Source: Dicyema japonicum (taxonomy: Eukaryota > Animalia > Dicyemida). From it: 64,000 nucleotides of DNA. Under the pieces are notes generated by a model. The model was not told the origin of the DNA, ran no database searches, and saw nothing but the letters and a program-made list of their open reading frames with translations. This document shows positions 1 through 14,846 of this stretch, piece by piece (the stretch's first letter is position 1; each line of letters opens with the position of its first letter). Location: positions 1,569,591 to 1,633,590 of the forward strand of contig RDEW01000004.1 of assembly GCA_011109175.1 (NCBI GenBank), given 5' to 3'. The translations under genes were made by a program, and so were the position numbers.

Positions 1-1
1 G

Positions 2-484
2 ATGGTTTTTGTTATCACGCTTGGGACAATTTATGACTTTTATTATCCTTATCCAGAATCCAAAACTTTACTTATTACTTGTGTCGCAGCGTAAATTTTA
101 TTTTTTACTTTTAGATATTATCTAATGTGCCCTATTTATTATTATTACTTATACTTTGTAATGAAGGATATTGTCTATGAGGGAGTTTACGCTGACTGTG
201 CTTGCCAAAGTCCTGATATCCAATTCAGGGTTTCTATTAAATCTAAAAAGTATTTATTTTAATCCTTCAAATTACACCCTTAATTTATTTGTATATATAG
301 GTTTTCGTCAATTTTTACAATCACAGTGGAAGGACGCTATGTAGGGAAAACTTTATGGCATTCTTCAAAAGAGGATGTTTCATACTCAAAATGGTTTGAT
401 GAAAGTGGGAAGTTCATGGAGGATGTTTTGGAAGAAAGATTAATAGGCATGACAAATAAAGTCTTTAATCAAGTTGAAAAATGA
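2..484 (+). CDS. SPCS2: Signal peptidase complex subunit 2 (SPC25), probably 5-prime incomplete; introns 91-114 (24 nt) and 250-300 (51 nt)
   Basis: Spliced translation YDFYYPYPESKTLLITCVAAYYLM...SKWFDESGKFMEDVLEERL resembles the SPCS2 motifs DYLYPFPESKPVLALCV and KFFDHSG; GT-AG introns restore the frame; TGA at 482-484. Confidence 0.75.
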
Positions 485-519
485 TTGTTACTTTTAAATT
501 GGATTTAATTTATTTATTC

Positions 520-960
520 AGGAAACTTTGCCTGTTTGTTTAGGAGGAATGGGAATTACCGTAACTTCGGTTGGCGCATTAAGTGCATATTTAGCTCCTC
601 GAAAAATTTGATGGATACAGTCCTCAACTCTTAATCCGGACTGAATGTATCTATGACACCTTCAAGAGCTGTTGAATTGTGCAAGGACATATATCTTAAT
701 GTTCTGGAGGGTGGCGCTAATCAGAAAGCGTATTCGAGACTATCCTTGTGCCGAGATTGGCAACCAGCTGAATGGTGAGGCAGTGTGAATATTCGCTACG
801 TCTTGGTCTTAAAGTGTATGAGAAGAGAAAATGTCTTTGTGGACGTTTGATCGATCCATATGGCTACTATTCACTATCGTACAGGTTGAGGGGGGCCGTT
901 TCCCAAGGCATGCCTGTCTCAACTTGACGTTGAAAAACTTACTTTCTTCTGCTTACAATG
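520..960 (+). mobile_element. Decayed CRE-like RLE retrotransposon fragment (RT C-terminus to zinc knuckle)
   Basis: Broken frames give LPVCLGGMGI and RLGLKVYEKRKCLCGRLIDPYG..GRFPRHACLN, matching the element at 52.5-54.8 kb. Confidence 0.7.
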
Positions 961-3194
961 AGTTATATGTGCTTTAGTTGTTTGGGGATGTTTAAGAAAC
1001 GAAAAAACTGAATCCCTTATCAAGGAACGTTGAACCCATAAACTTTAAAAAAATTGTCAAGGCATCTGGAACAGACTTTGTGAGAAAACCTGTCAAACGG
1101 GACCCTCATTCTGAAAGAAAATTTGTCGGAACGCAGTCTGAACACCAAGAAGAACTGCTAAGATTGCTTAAGGAGGCCGTGATTGCCTAGAATAATTTTG
1201 TTTTTTGGTAACGATGATTACTGGTTTATAAATAAATAAAAATTTAAAATAACATTTTAAAAATCCAAGAGAAAACAGCAACGCTTTAACAAATAAAGAA
1301 TACAGACTTTTTCAAAGATGTCAAATTTGTTCCTCTTGCGATAGATATTTCAAGCATTTGAACCTTCGTCTTTTTCTTTTTTTTGCTGCTGATCTCATAA
1401 GTCTAATCTCAGCTCGTTCAGATGACTTTCGAGAACAGCTGTTCCAACATATTTCCATTACGATATAAGGAATATCTATGATTTAAGTATGTTGCCCTCC
1501 ACTCTTTCTATTTTTTATGAATAAAATTAATTCAATTTTAAGAATTTAAATGGGTTTTTATTAATGTTTAGGTGTTACGTTAGCAACTTATCTAAATCCT
1601 TGTAGTGCCTAAACTGAATATTATTTTTGACTTTAATTCTTTTTTCTGTTTGGTTTCGTTGGTTATTGTATAATTGAGTGCCGTATATATTCCTTTCATC
1701 TAAAATTATTCTTGTTTTCTATAAGCATGTCAAATTCAACAAATACTTTAAAATCTTTCAATTGACTGACAGTATCCACATAATTTTTCATATTCAAAAG
1801 TTTCAGATAAACCCTTGATTTTGTTTTCTAATTATTCGTTCTGAGTTATTAGTCGACTTTAAACTAAAAATTAACTTAAAATCTCATCACTTATATTTTT
1901 TTAAATTTTGACAGTCAATTCCTCGTTTATCATTTTTTATTATTTCTATTTTTTCTTTCATTTGTCTATTTTTCTTTTTTATTTCGACTTCTCCTATAGC
2001 CTAGTTTTAATTTCATCAGAATACTTTCATTTTCATTTTATTACTTGGTGGAACATTAGGTCGAGTTACTTCACTACTGACGAATGGTTTCACTATTATT
2101 CCATTTAATAAAATAAGCAAGTTTGAATAAATTAGCCCAAAATCTTACCATTTGAAAGGAAATCTTTAAGAAAAATATTTTTTTCATTTATATATTTTTG
2201 ATTACTCAGAGGATTTCGTAATGACTGATTCATCCCTAACATAAAATTTACCGAATTTTGCTATTTAAAAATCATCACAATCATAAAACAAAACGTTAAT
2301 TGTGGTTGAAAGCTAATTGATTCTTTATTAGTCAATGAAAACGCGTTTGTACAAGACGTTAACGAGTTCATTAGAGTCATGCCAGAAGTAGGAGTCCATC
2401 ATGCTATACAGGAAAAAACTATTAAACAGGGTGAATCTACAGGAGACAAAATAATCAGCCAGTTTGAATTTAATCTTTGACTCTTCTACAAATCACAAAG
2501 TAGTTAGGGTAATACTTATGAAGGATTGTTAAAAATATTGAACTTATGATTGGAATTTTTACCAGCAACCTTTTCCGAATTATGAGTTTTCCACTAACTG
2601 AATGTTAAACATCAGGACTTGTCATTTATTGCAAAAGCTTTTTTCTGTCTCTACATGTTTTATGCATTGCTTAGATCTTTTTCAGGCCTCATTCCGAAAG
2701 GAATTTTTATTGCTACACTTTTTGTTTTCTCAAACACAAGATAATTAATTTTTGCCAGTGAAGAATAACCCTCGAACCCATATATAATGGAGGGAAGAAT
2801 GTTTCTTGAAATATATGAATAAAAATCGATAATTCAAAAATTCTTTTTTCGGTTTTGCGGTTTCACAAGCATTTGAATAATCGAAACTTTTTAACAATTA
2901 AGGGCGTGACCATACTTTAAACTAGCATCTAATAGAAGCCAAAAACCTAAATGAAGCTTTTAGATCCTAGTCGAATATTTTTATCCTTATTTAGCTATGT
3001 TCGGAAAGCTATCCTAACAGTCTATAATATTCTTACAGACCAGAGCTATCAAAACATTATCGCTCCTGAAAATATATAAACGATTTTCGAATCATTACAT
3101 CTTCATGGAGGCCAATATTGATCATCATAAATTATGGAAGTTCAAAATGTTATGACAAAATTATATTTAAATTATAAAAACAAGTTAAAAAAAG

Positions 3195-3267
3195 TACTCA
3201 GACTGGGATTCGAACCCAGGACCTTTCGCGTGTGAGGCGAACGTGATAACCACTACACCATCCAAGC
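3195..3267 (-). tRNA. tRNA-Val(CAC)
   Basis: GCTTGGA TG GTGTAGTGGTTATCAC G TTCGC CTCACAC GCGAA AGGTC CTGGG TTCGAAT CCCAG TCTGAGT A forms a full cloverleaf with A and B boxes; a T-run terminator follows on the minus strand. Confidence 0.97.
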
Positions 3268-3789
3268 GATCGAAATTAAAATTATAAAAAACAAAATAGA
3301 ATTTATTGTTTAAATTTTTTTCTTTAGTTCAATATGAAGATCATAAAAGTTTATGTATATTTTTCCTGAGTTATCTAATTGAAGGGATATTATCACTTAT
3401 TTAACAAATGTGCTTTTATATAACCATTCCCCAATTTGTGAAGTCGAATATAGGCATTTAAAAATACTTTAATCAAATAGATATCAATTTTTCTTAGTTA
3501 TCTTTACTAAGAAAAAGTTGAGTGGTCTCAATACTTTTTGAAATTCTGTCTGATGTCTTTTTTCATTAAAATGTTGATCGATGTAGTTTTGTTTAGATGG
3601 TTCTACTATCCTAGAGCAATTTGGCAAAATAAATCTCTTTTAGGTGTTTTTTTTAAATATGTAAGTTTTGGAAATTGCTTTTAAAATTCGTTCCTTTTTT
3701 TGCCTCTGAGTTTTAGTGGTTTTATAATTGAGTGAAAGATAATAAAAATCTTTCTTGAAATGAAGACTGTTATCCAGATTGCCACTTAG

Positions 3790-4425
3790 AGATTGCAACA
3801 AAATCTGTACCGTCTTAGCGAATCATTACTGAAGAACCGCCTGTCTACCAGCACTGAGAAGTCCATCACAACTCTTTTCAAATCTGAAAAGAGACTGGGA
3901 AGACTGATAGTCAGTTTACAAACAAACAATGGTGTTAATTTTTTAGAAAATCTCAAAAGATCCTTTGAGTTATTTTTTACAAGGGCATGTCATTCTCGCC
4001 CCCATGTTGAAAAAGTTATAACAAAATGTGAAAAGAAGACTAACGTGTTGAAATGTCTTTCTCGCTTATGGATGATCAGAAATCATCCTTGAATTCTATA
4101 TATAACCAATACATTGAAACATGTATTTCTGCATGTGGCATCTGGGATCCATTCATTTCTTGGACAAATGTTTAAAAAATCAAGGATAGCCGAAAAAAGG
4201 CTCTAAAAGTCCGAAACGATGTACTTATAGATTCATAGTCTCAAATGCCTCTAGAATCCATGATACGCATGAACTGTGGAACGAGCAGTCTTGGCTACAA
4301 AGATGTAGTCATTTGGCCAATAAGTGCATGTGTGTGGTCGAGGGATGAGCATCGGACTAAGTTGATGTCTTTGCTAGAGCGTGCTGGGATCACGTAATTA
4401 GTATCCATGGTCTTTGGTATTATTA
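3790..4425 (+). mobile_element. 3-prime remnant of a LINE (family V3; also at 18570-18700, 36900-37111 and probably about 59800-59950)
   Basis: Post-RT motif HVEKVITKCEKKTNVLKCLS; the 3-prime end ctagaatccatgatacgc...gagcgtgctgggatcacgt is shared with the 36.9 kb copy and partly with the 18.6 kb copy. Confidence 0.65.
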
Positions 4426-4499
4426 GGACAATTTCAGCGTTGAAATAGTACAAATAAGACAATATCCTATTTTTGTCCTAAATTGTACAATTTCCGCTT

Positions 4500-5250
4500 T
4501 ATTAATTAAGTTCCACATGTGCAGCACATGAGACTAGCATTCGGTCACTCACACGATAACATTTGTAGATTGAATTCCAATAACTCTTATAAATAGCAAA
4601 TCCTTGCCCATAATGGTGAGATTCTGATGCTATGAGGATGATTCTGTGATCATTTTGTAACAATTTACTCCACACTTGACTCTAAGTATTCACATCCTAG
4701 CACAAGATTATTTGTTTCGAAACATCGTTCACGCATCTGACATTAAATTATAGAACGGTAAAATCCGCTGATGGCCTCATATTTGATTAAGTCTTCGTGC
4801 AATTGATTTGTTTCACTAACTCAACCAAAAAATTGTTTTTATTGTAGGTTATTCTAAATTTATTCGTATTCCTTACCGACTTCTCCGTTCACTCTGGATC
4901 TTTTCATTGCAGAAGACTTAAACAACCTTACAAGTAACACCAACTAGCATTCGATCTAACAAAATACGACGTCTCTGTTTGTTGTCTACAAGAGACAAAA
5001 ACGACCGTACAATTTACAGAACTGTTTAGAAAATTCCACTTTTTTACCCTTTCATCGGCCTGCCGACACTATGGTCTCGGATTTGCAGTCCATCAGGACC
5101 TGATTCACTGTGTTACCTCACATTATAATGGAAATGGCGGACGACCTAGACTACCTAAGAGAATTAGCGAGCAACAGAGGATCATGGTCCAGGCTGACGG
5201 AGAAGATGATTAGGAATACGGCACAAGGGAAACTTAACTAATTTTATCTT
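4500..5250. mobile_element. RTE-like remnants: APE fragment on minus (4500-4760) and an internally deleted plus copy (4870-5250)
   Basis: HHYGQGFAIYKSY..YRVSDRML on minus; LAFDLTKYDVSVCCLQETK and the C-terminal DLDYLRELASNRGSW on plus. Confidence 0.6.
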
Positions 5251-5464
5251 TTCTCGGGAGTGCTTTTTAATAATATAATAATATTCTAAATTAAATTCTA
5301 AAAAATTATATTTTTTCGATTGAAAATTGTCGTTTAATTATTATTGGTTTAATTATAAAATCTATATATGTTATTTTATAATTTTATTAAATATACATAG
5401 AATACATTATTAATTCATAATCCTTATTTCAGTAAGTATATTCCGGATTTTTATAATCCTTAGA

Positions 5465-5902
5465 ATGCCACTAAATTTCGATGAAGTTAATGAATTTGAC
5501 TCTGAAAATTTAAATAAAGTTGAAACAAACATCAAAAACACTCTTCCAGATTTGGAAAGTAAATTTTATTTGAAATTTTAAGCATTAGCCGATGAAAAAC
5601 GGAAAGAACAAGTATTTGGTGAAATCTCTAACTGCACCAAGAGACTTAATCATGTGGACATTGTTGATAATAGTCAAGATACTAGTTTAATGATTTTTAA
5701 TTTTCTAGTTGCAAAACAAGAATTCAGAAGGTCACAATTGCTTGAATCATTAAATTCCAATGAAGTCAATCTTAATAAAACAAAGCCCAGAGAAGTCACG
5801 GCAGAAACATGTAAAAAAATTTTATCAATCTTAGATGCTAAAGAAAAAGTTGCGAGAGAAAATTTAATTAAGCAGATTAGTAAGGATAATAATTCTAATT
5901 AA
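5465..5902 (+). CDS. Small hypothetical helical protein with tiny introns
   Basis: ATG at 5465, GT-AG introns such as gtaaattttatttgaaattttaag and gtaaaaaaattttatcaatcttag, an open acidic/basic frame ending in TAA; no family recognised. Confidence 0.5.
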
Positions 5903-6199
5903 TTCTTCTAATAAAATAATTTTGATTCGGTTAATATAAAATGATTTCAAAAGACTTTTCCCTATTGAAATTTACAAAGATCTTAGCACTGTAAAGAAAA
6001 AAACTCGTAAATGCAGACGACCTAGATGTCCTTCGAAAAATCGCCTTTTTGATGAATCTAACATGGAAGATTGTCCACGGTGTTACAGAAGCGGCGAGGA
6101 GATAACTTTCTTCTAGTTGCGTTTGATAAATAATAGTACAAAAGACTCGTCGTATTGCTAATTGTTATCTCATAATAATTTTACATAATCCAAATTCAT

Positions 6200-7310
6200 G
6201 TCATTACTGAAGTCGTCACAAAGTTTATTTCTAAGAAAAATTTTAAGAGATCCTCTAGAATTCTAAAAAATTTCCTGGTTTTCATGTGTAGAGAAAATAG
6301 CCTACATTTGTAGCGAACTGACCTTCTTTTCCTTACTACCAAATAGTTTGCTTGATAATGGCTGCAGGACGAACGCCGAGCTACCAGGATAAAGTGACGT
6401 TGAACCTAACTCTGGACAAGTCAATTCAGCGAAAGTCGAGTCTACACGCACCGCCATTTGTGATTCCAGACTATACCCGTCGTTTATCTTCCAGTCTTGA
6501 ATCCATCATAACTTGGTACTAGATAGTCGTCCACTTGATCCATGACGCGATTCAATTTTTTGTCATATTTCTTATTAATTATCTTCATTCTATTTTGAAT
6601 ATTCGTTAGTTTTGACCTGATTTAGACACTCCTTTGATCCAATGTATTTTCTAGGAGTAATCTTAGCTCCTTTTGTTCCTTTACAATCTTGGTACATCGG
6701 GACAAGTTTTATCTTTGCGTAGTGCTGGAATCTCGGTCATGATCATCTCATCAGCCGTAGAGAAAATTTTATCTTTAATGAAAGTCCATATCTTTTCAAA
6801 AGGAGTTCGTTATCAGTGTTTCCGATAATTTCATCAATCGAAATTTAATTGTTTTCTCTCCTCTGTGCGGATTGCCTTGTATATTCTCTCCTCTGTCACA
6901 GGATCTCATAACTGCGGATTTTTATAGAAAACGAGCGGACACTAATTTATAATCACTGTCAGTCTCGGTTTTTACACACTATCTCGAACCACGTAGAGGT
7001 TGTTTTTCTTCTGAGCGGTATATGATGTAGTCTATCTTATTAAAGATGTTGATTATTTTTCCCGTGGAAACAAGTCTTCTTCCAGCCCATGAGTTTACGA
7101 CGAGCGTGGAATGAAAGCAGGTGTTGCATAGAAAACACTAAATACTTTTCACCTGTGTTAATTTAGGATAGATTCTGATTCATCTTCCTTGCCGACTGAT
7201 AAAAATCTCATTTTTTTGACTCCTACCTCCGTATTCCAGCCTCCTGCAACGAAGATTGAAGTTCTTTCATTTTTCTTTCAATTTATTGTAGAATCGGTAA
7301 AGCTTTTCAG
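6200..7310 (-). mobile_element. Decayed RTE-like LINE (APE plus start of RT)
   Basis: FVAGGWNTEVG, IDYII...DSDYKLV and VDDYLVPSYDGFKTGR resemble the GDFNAKVG, IDYI..SDH and QxGFRxGRST motifs. Confidence 0.6.
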
Positions 7311-7489
7311 GATTCCTCATGTGGAATAAAAAAGAAATGAAACAAAAAGGTAGTGGAAACTTATGCAGATTTTTCAAATAGGAGATTTTGGAAGTAATTG
7401 AATCGCTATCAAATTAGAGAACATGAGGATGCGGCGAATTTATAACTTCATCGTTAAGTAGATTACGTCCCTGCATAATTTTTTGACCC

Positions 7490-9050
7490 AAGAAATTGAA
7501 AAGGTGATAAAAGAACAGAATACTCTTGTAAAAACGAATGAATTGACTAACAAAATCAAAAGTTTAGCAAACAAAAAACTAAACAGTGTTAAACTCTTCA
7601 AGGCAGTCAATGAACATGCAACTTCCTTGTTTAATAATTATATTGGTTTATCAACATGAATTTGAATAATTATATTGGTTTATCAACATAAATTGACAAA
7701 AGTATACTAAGAATATTCGTGAATGGCTGGATTCACTACAAAGTTGCGAATAAAGAACGGTCACGTTTACCTCTAGATATTCTTGGAAAAGAATTAGCAT
7801 CAATCATTTACAAGAGTGAAAATATCCTTTTTCAAATTTAAAATGATCTCCAAATCAAGGCTAACAATTGATTGGGAAAGCAGGAATCTTTTGGATTTTA
7901 AATTTAACGATAACACATATGGCCACAATCGTGGAATCCTGACTAGAAAATACCGTATTGAGAATAAAGAAGATATGAAAAAGCTAATAGAAGTACAACA
8001 GTACGAAATACTGGAAAAATAAAGAAAAAACATATGCATTTTATCTTATTCCGGAATCATGTCAATTCCCCCTATGAACTCTCAAAATACATCGCAACGC
8101 ACCAAAAGTACGAGTGGAAACCGTGTCCAATAAGGCAGGCTACAGTGAACGACCGTCCTTGCCGACTCAACGACTTCCAGATCACTTAGTTAGTTGGAAA
8201 CTTTTTCCTTTTCTTTTAACCTAGTGATCCTGGGTTAATAAAATAAATAAATCATTGCTAACGGCTGATCCATGGAAATAATTCCCCAAGATTTGAAAGA
8301 ATACTGTGTTTTATACAATATCGTAGTGTGATTTTTGAGCAAAATGATACAAGATGTAAACATTGGAACTCGATAAAAAACAGTAAACTATTTAGCAACA
8401 AGATGTAAAAGAATGCTAAATAGTGCTTACATATGTCGCCATAATGAGGAAGTCTGATGCATACACCTACATCTGTGCTGCCAATTTAGAATAAAAAATC
8501 AAAAAAATTGAAGACTCACTCAGTACAATCAGTGAATTTGTAGAAATAAGTTTAGATACAACTATCGCATCTGATTCTAAAGTTGAGAACAAATATTTGT
8601 ATTCGATAAAATTGAGAATACAATAACTTTAATAGAAGTGAGAATTATATTCTAACAACTGCTAAACAATGTCGAAGTCTAGAAAGCACACAAGTATAAT
8701 CTCGTAGTAAACTACCTCGGATTAATACACAAAACAAAAGTGCATATAGTCCCATTAGTTTTGATTTGGGATTGGATCGTCAGCAAATACTACAAACACT
8801 ATTTAGATGCCTTGAAGCTCATCCTGTGAAAGCCTACATACAGTATGTCAAGATTAAGAAGACAAGATAACATTCTTAATAGATACAGAGATGAAATGCA
8901 AATTGGGAACGAAGATGAGAAGGAAGCAAATATTAAAGCCTACTTTGAGAATACTTCGAAGTTAGTGAGAGGCAGAACGATTTGGGAACCAAGTCTATCG
9001 GTTTTATTGTTAACATGTTAGATAAGGTGGATAAGATAGTTGGTGACTCC
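7490..9050 (+). mobile_element. Old R4/Dong-like RLE retrotransposon remnant, interrupted by a Vingi-like 3-prime fragment (about 8050-8252)
   Basis: KLNSVKLFKAVNEHATSLFNNYIG and HLATRCKRMLNSAYICRHNE align with the 29.6-33.0 kb element; the inner fragment ends cctagtgatcctgggttaataaataaataaa. Confidence 0.75.
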
Positions 9051-9365
9051 TAGAAACTCGAAAACATAAGTGTCTAATTAAGTAAGTATAACTTATCTTT
9101 TATTCGATTAAGACTAGAAACGTATGAACCATTATCTTTCACGTATATACATAATTCTAGATCAAATTTACCCAATTTTGTGCCGGACGATATTCAAACA
9201 TGGATACTTTTAGCATCAAAATCCTTAGTATTAAAACTTCGAGTTTCCCACGTTTCCCGAGCTTGAAATTCCGTCTTAATTCTCTAGAAAATAATTTGAT
9301 TAAACTTATTTAAGTAACATAAATTTAGATAAAATTCAATACAAACAAATTTATTCTTATATCAA

Positions 9366-11693
<2,328 letters not shown>

Positions 11694-11913
11694 TTAAGAG
11701 ATATTTTAAAGATAATATCATTTCAATCTCTTTTTAATAATAATAATATAAATTGTAGTTCTTAATTGTCACGTTGGAAACTTACGTTTTAAATAGTGAT
11801 TTGCGGCAAAATTATATTTTATGAAATAAAACCTTTTTTTTTTAATATAAATAAATTTTTAATTTAAATTTTTAATACATTAAAATAATTTTGTTTTTAA
11901 ATTAAATCCAGTT

Positions 11914-12629
11914 ATGTCTACTCCAGTCTGGTTATATGTACCTAATATCATTGGTTTCTGAGCTGTTTAAAAGTTAGGCTATTTAAGAATTCTACTTCTT
12001 TTTCTCTTTGTCTTACTATTCTCTTTCGAACTGCATTTTGGCTTCGATTCTTTATTGTGTTAGTATGGGTCTTGATGCTCTGGACGGATATGCTGCTAGA
12101 GCACTGAACCAATGTTAATCTTAGTCTTCATTTTAGCTTCATTATTTGGCGCTTTTTTGGATATGATAACTGACAGAGTCACAACTATGTGTCTGATTTC
12201 TATACTTGTTGCGCTTTATCCAGAATTTCGATCACCTCTTCTGCTTAGCATTTCAATCGATATCGGAGGACATTGGTTGTTTTTCGCAGTGTAAATTTAT
12301 TTATTTATTTTTTGTTCGTATCAAAAAGGGCAAAGTCACAAATCTTACTCTTCAAATTTTGTTTTGAAAATCTATTATGGATCAAAAGCAGTTTTATTTG
12401 TAATTCTAGGTCGTTCTTTTTTCTTTATGTGCATTAAATGAATTGTTTTATATCAGTTTTTACCTAATTTTCTTCGAAGAGGGTTTCATTTGTAATTAAA
12501 ATTTTTATAGCTCCATTTATTTTTAATATTTTGTTCAATGCTACTCTTCCATTCGCCGTGCTTAAAGCTCTAATCACCGTGGTTCATATTCAGGTGGCGT
12601 ATTCGATGGTGAGCACTAAAGTTGATTGA
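11914..12629 (+). CDS. CDIPT: Phosphatidylinositol synthase; five introns of 19-28 nt; one frameshift at the T5 run 11999-12003
   Basis: VWLYVPNIIGYLR, LDALDGYAARALNQ, FGAFLDMITDR, HW....S...G.SHK and LCALNELFY are CDP-alcohol phosphatidyltransferase/PIS motifs. Confidence 0.93.
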
Positions 12630-12789
12630 TTCTAATGATTCTTTCTTTTATCGATTTTTTTCATTTTTCATGCTGAATTTATTATCTTGAGAATAAAAAT
12701 ATTCTATTTAAGAAATCTAATTGATGGAAAATTAACAAAAAATAAAGTTAGTTGTTATGGCAAGGATTCCATTATGATCTGAACACGAA

Positions 12790-12970
12790 ATTTGAGTTAC
12801 TTCTCATTATCGTAAGTCCAATGTTCTGGAAGAGCCATCGCGTCATTCTAGGCTCACCTTTCTGAGTCCGATTAACCTGATCAACTTAGACGTACTCTGG
12901 CCACTAACGCCTGACGTCTCAATGGAGATCGACTGGAAAGCGAACCGGTGCTCAAGTTGTAATTATTGAA
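12790..12970 (-). mobile_element. CRE-like 3-prime fragment (RLE end)
   Basis: RFAFQSISIETSGVSG...WLFQNIGLTIMRSNS. Confidence 0.6.
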
Positions 12971-14025
12971 TCCCGTTAGCATAATTGATGCAGAATTTCC
13001 TCTCACAATAAAGACTAAAATAAACTGTAGGAGCCACTGAGTGTAGTCAGGCATCCCAATCTTTAGAGAAAAAACTTCCGCTTATACTTTGGTTGCTTCG
13101 ATAACAATCGCGTGGAATGTGAGTCGATTCATATTTTTCCTTTAGACTTCTTTTTTTTCCTGGATTAATTTTGACCATTTTTCCAATTCAGAAAATAATT
13201 TACCACTTTCCCATGGGAAGAGAGTGGTTTCGCCCGGTCTTCGATTGGCCTGAGCAAGTCCAAGCGGCTCGAATTTGACAGGAAATCCAGCAGCCTCAAG
13301 TCCCTAAGCAATAACTCCGTTGAGTACTGCGTGTCTTTGACTCCTTCCAGCACTCCTCCGGCAGGAAAGAGCGTGAAGACTTTTCGCGTCGACCATTCTT
13401 CACATCTACACCGATGGATCGTGCAAATATCCATTCCGAGGCTGCGTCGTCGTCCAATAGTGTCTTAAGTGAGGTGCATGGTAATGCTCTGAGCCAAGCT
13501 CCACTATCGTTCGACGATGCAGAAGCCAGACAAGCCAGACGATGCTGATCAAGCACATGTTTATCTCTTCTATGATCTTTAAGCATAAAACCTTGTCCAA
13601 TTCTCGTTGTTTATTAGCGTTCGTCGGGAATTCAACACCCACTCGCGTCCAGACTTCCCGAGCCATGCATACCACTGGTTCAGCGTCCGATCCGTTAATG
13701 TAGCGTAGGATCTGTCGTGTGAGACCACTGGAACATATGTCGAAGAAAGTAATACCGGGAGGGCAAGTTCTAGTGGTGAGCGTATTCCGATTCCTCCGTA
13801 ACGAAGAGGTAGTTTGCATTGGATCCAGCCAGTTTTATCAAAGAAATGTTGAACGTTTCTTCAACGGCAGTCTTCAGCTTCTCGTCGATGACTCTTAAAA
13901 AATTCATGTCCGTGAAACATGGGGCTGTCTGTAAAAGAAAAGTGGCATAAAGTGAAAATTCCTGAGGAAGAATAAATACATGTTGGAGTCCAGGGTTTTC
14001 AAATTTGATATGAATTGTTGAAATT

Positions 14026-14312
14026 TTTTTTTATTTTTTTTTATTTTTTTATTATTTTTTTTATTTTTTTTTATTAACAAATTTTTTTAACAATTAAACA
14101 AATGTCAGTTGAGGAAGCCTGCTGCATGGATTGCGAACGAGTTCCCTCGGAGTATGGCTATTCCGATCTTTTGTCTTAGTCATAACCTTCTCGTTGATCC
14201 CTTTTCTTTCTGGCAAGCAATCCTCCGAGTTCTTGCAAGAATTCAGCCGTCATTGGACCAACGGCTCCCGATGATTCGTCGCAACAGGAGTAAATCGGTA
14301 GCGGACAGGAGT
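14026..14312 (-). mobile_element. 5-prime-truncated CRE-like copy with an A-rich tail; 13-bp TSD aattgttgaaatt
   Basis: TSD at 14013-14025 and 14313-14325; (T7-8A)n tail at about 14026-14075; ESSGAVGPMTAEFLQELG RLE segment; a similar plus-strand copy lies at about 58080-58275. Confidence 0.85.
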
Positions 14313-14846
14313 AATTGTTGAAATTATGTATTTTTTTCTTCCAAGAGATTTGACACATTATTGCAGTATAGAGGAAAGCCAAGAAAAATTTCGTTTTCGA
14401 GTCGGGTCACCTAGACATCCTTAAGATAAGTAGAAATCGCAGTCACTGCATGGCCGAACTCTTCATCTCCGCAAGCAACATTAGGATTTCACATTTATAC
14501 GGGTTCAGTTCAACCCAAGTCTCTCAAGTGCAGAGATGGCGGACTCGACTTCCGCCACAATAAGTTCCCAATTACCTTCGACCGTCATCCAGGTACCATA
14601 GGTTCAAAAGTTCGCATCGTCTATGTTGCACAGTCGATACCCAAGGCAAAGAGCAGGGCCAAGGGGGTCACCTTGTTGAACTCCAGTCTTGGATTCGATG
14701 ATGTGTTGCCCGAATATCAGCGTACACGGGGAACCATATGCAAGTTTCATCATTCTGCTGATATTCTGTATTCTGGAGATGCTAGCTTCTATGATTCTAT
14801 CTCTGCGAATGCTATTGAAAGCATTGCAGATGCCCAGTTTGACTAT

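Noticed and set aside
1260-2110. K/E/N-rich minus-strand frames
   Set aside because: Many stops and no recognisable motif; cannot be told apart from decayed TE sequence.
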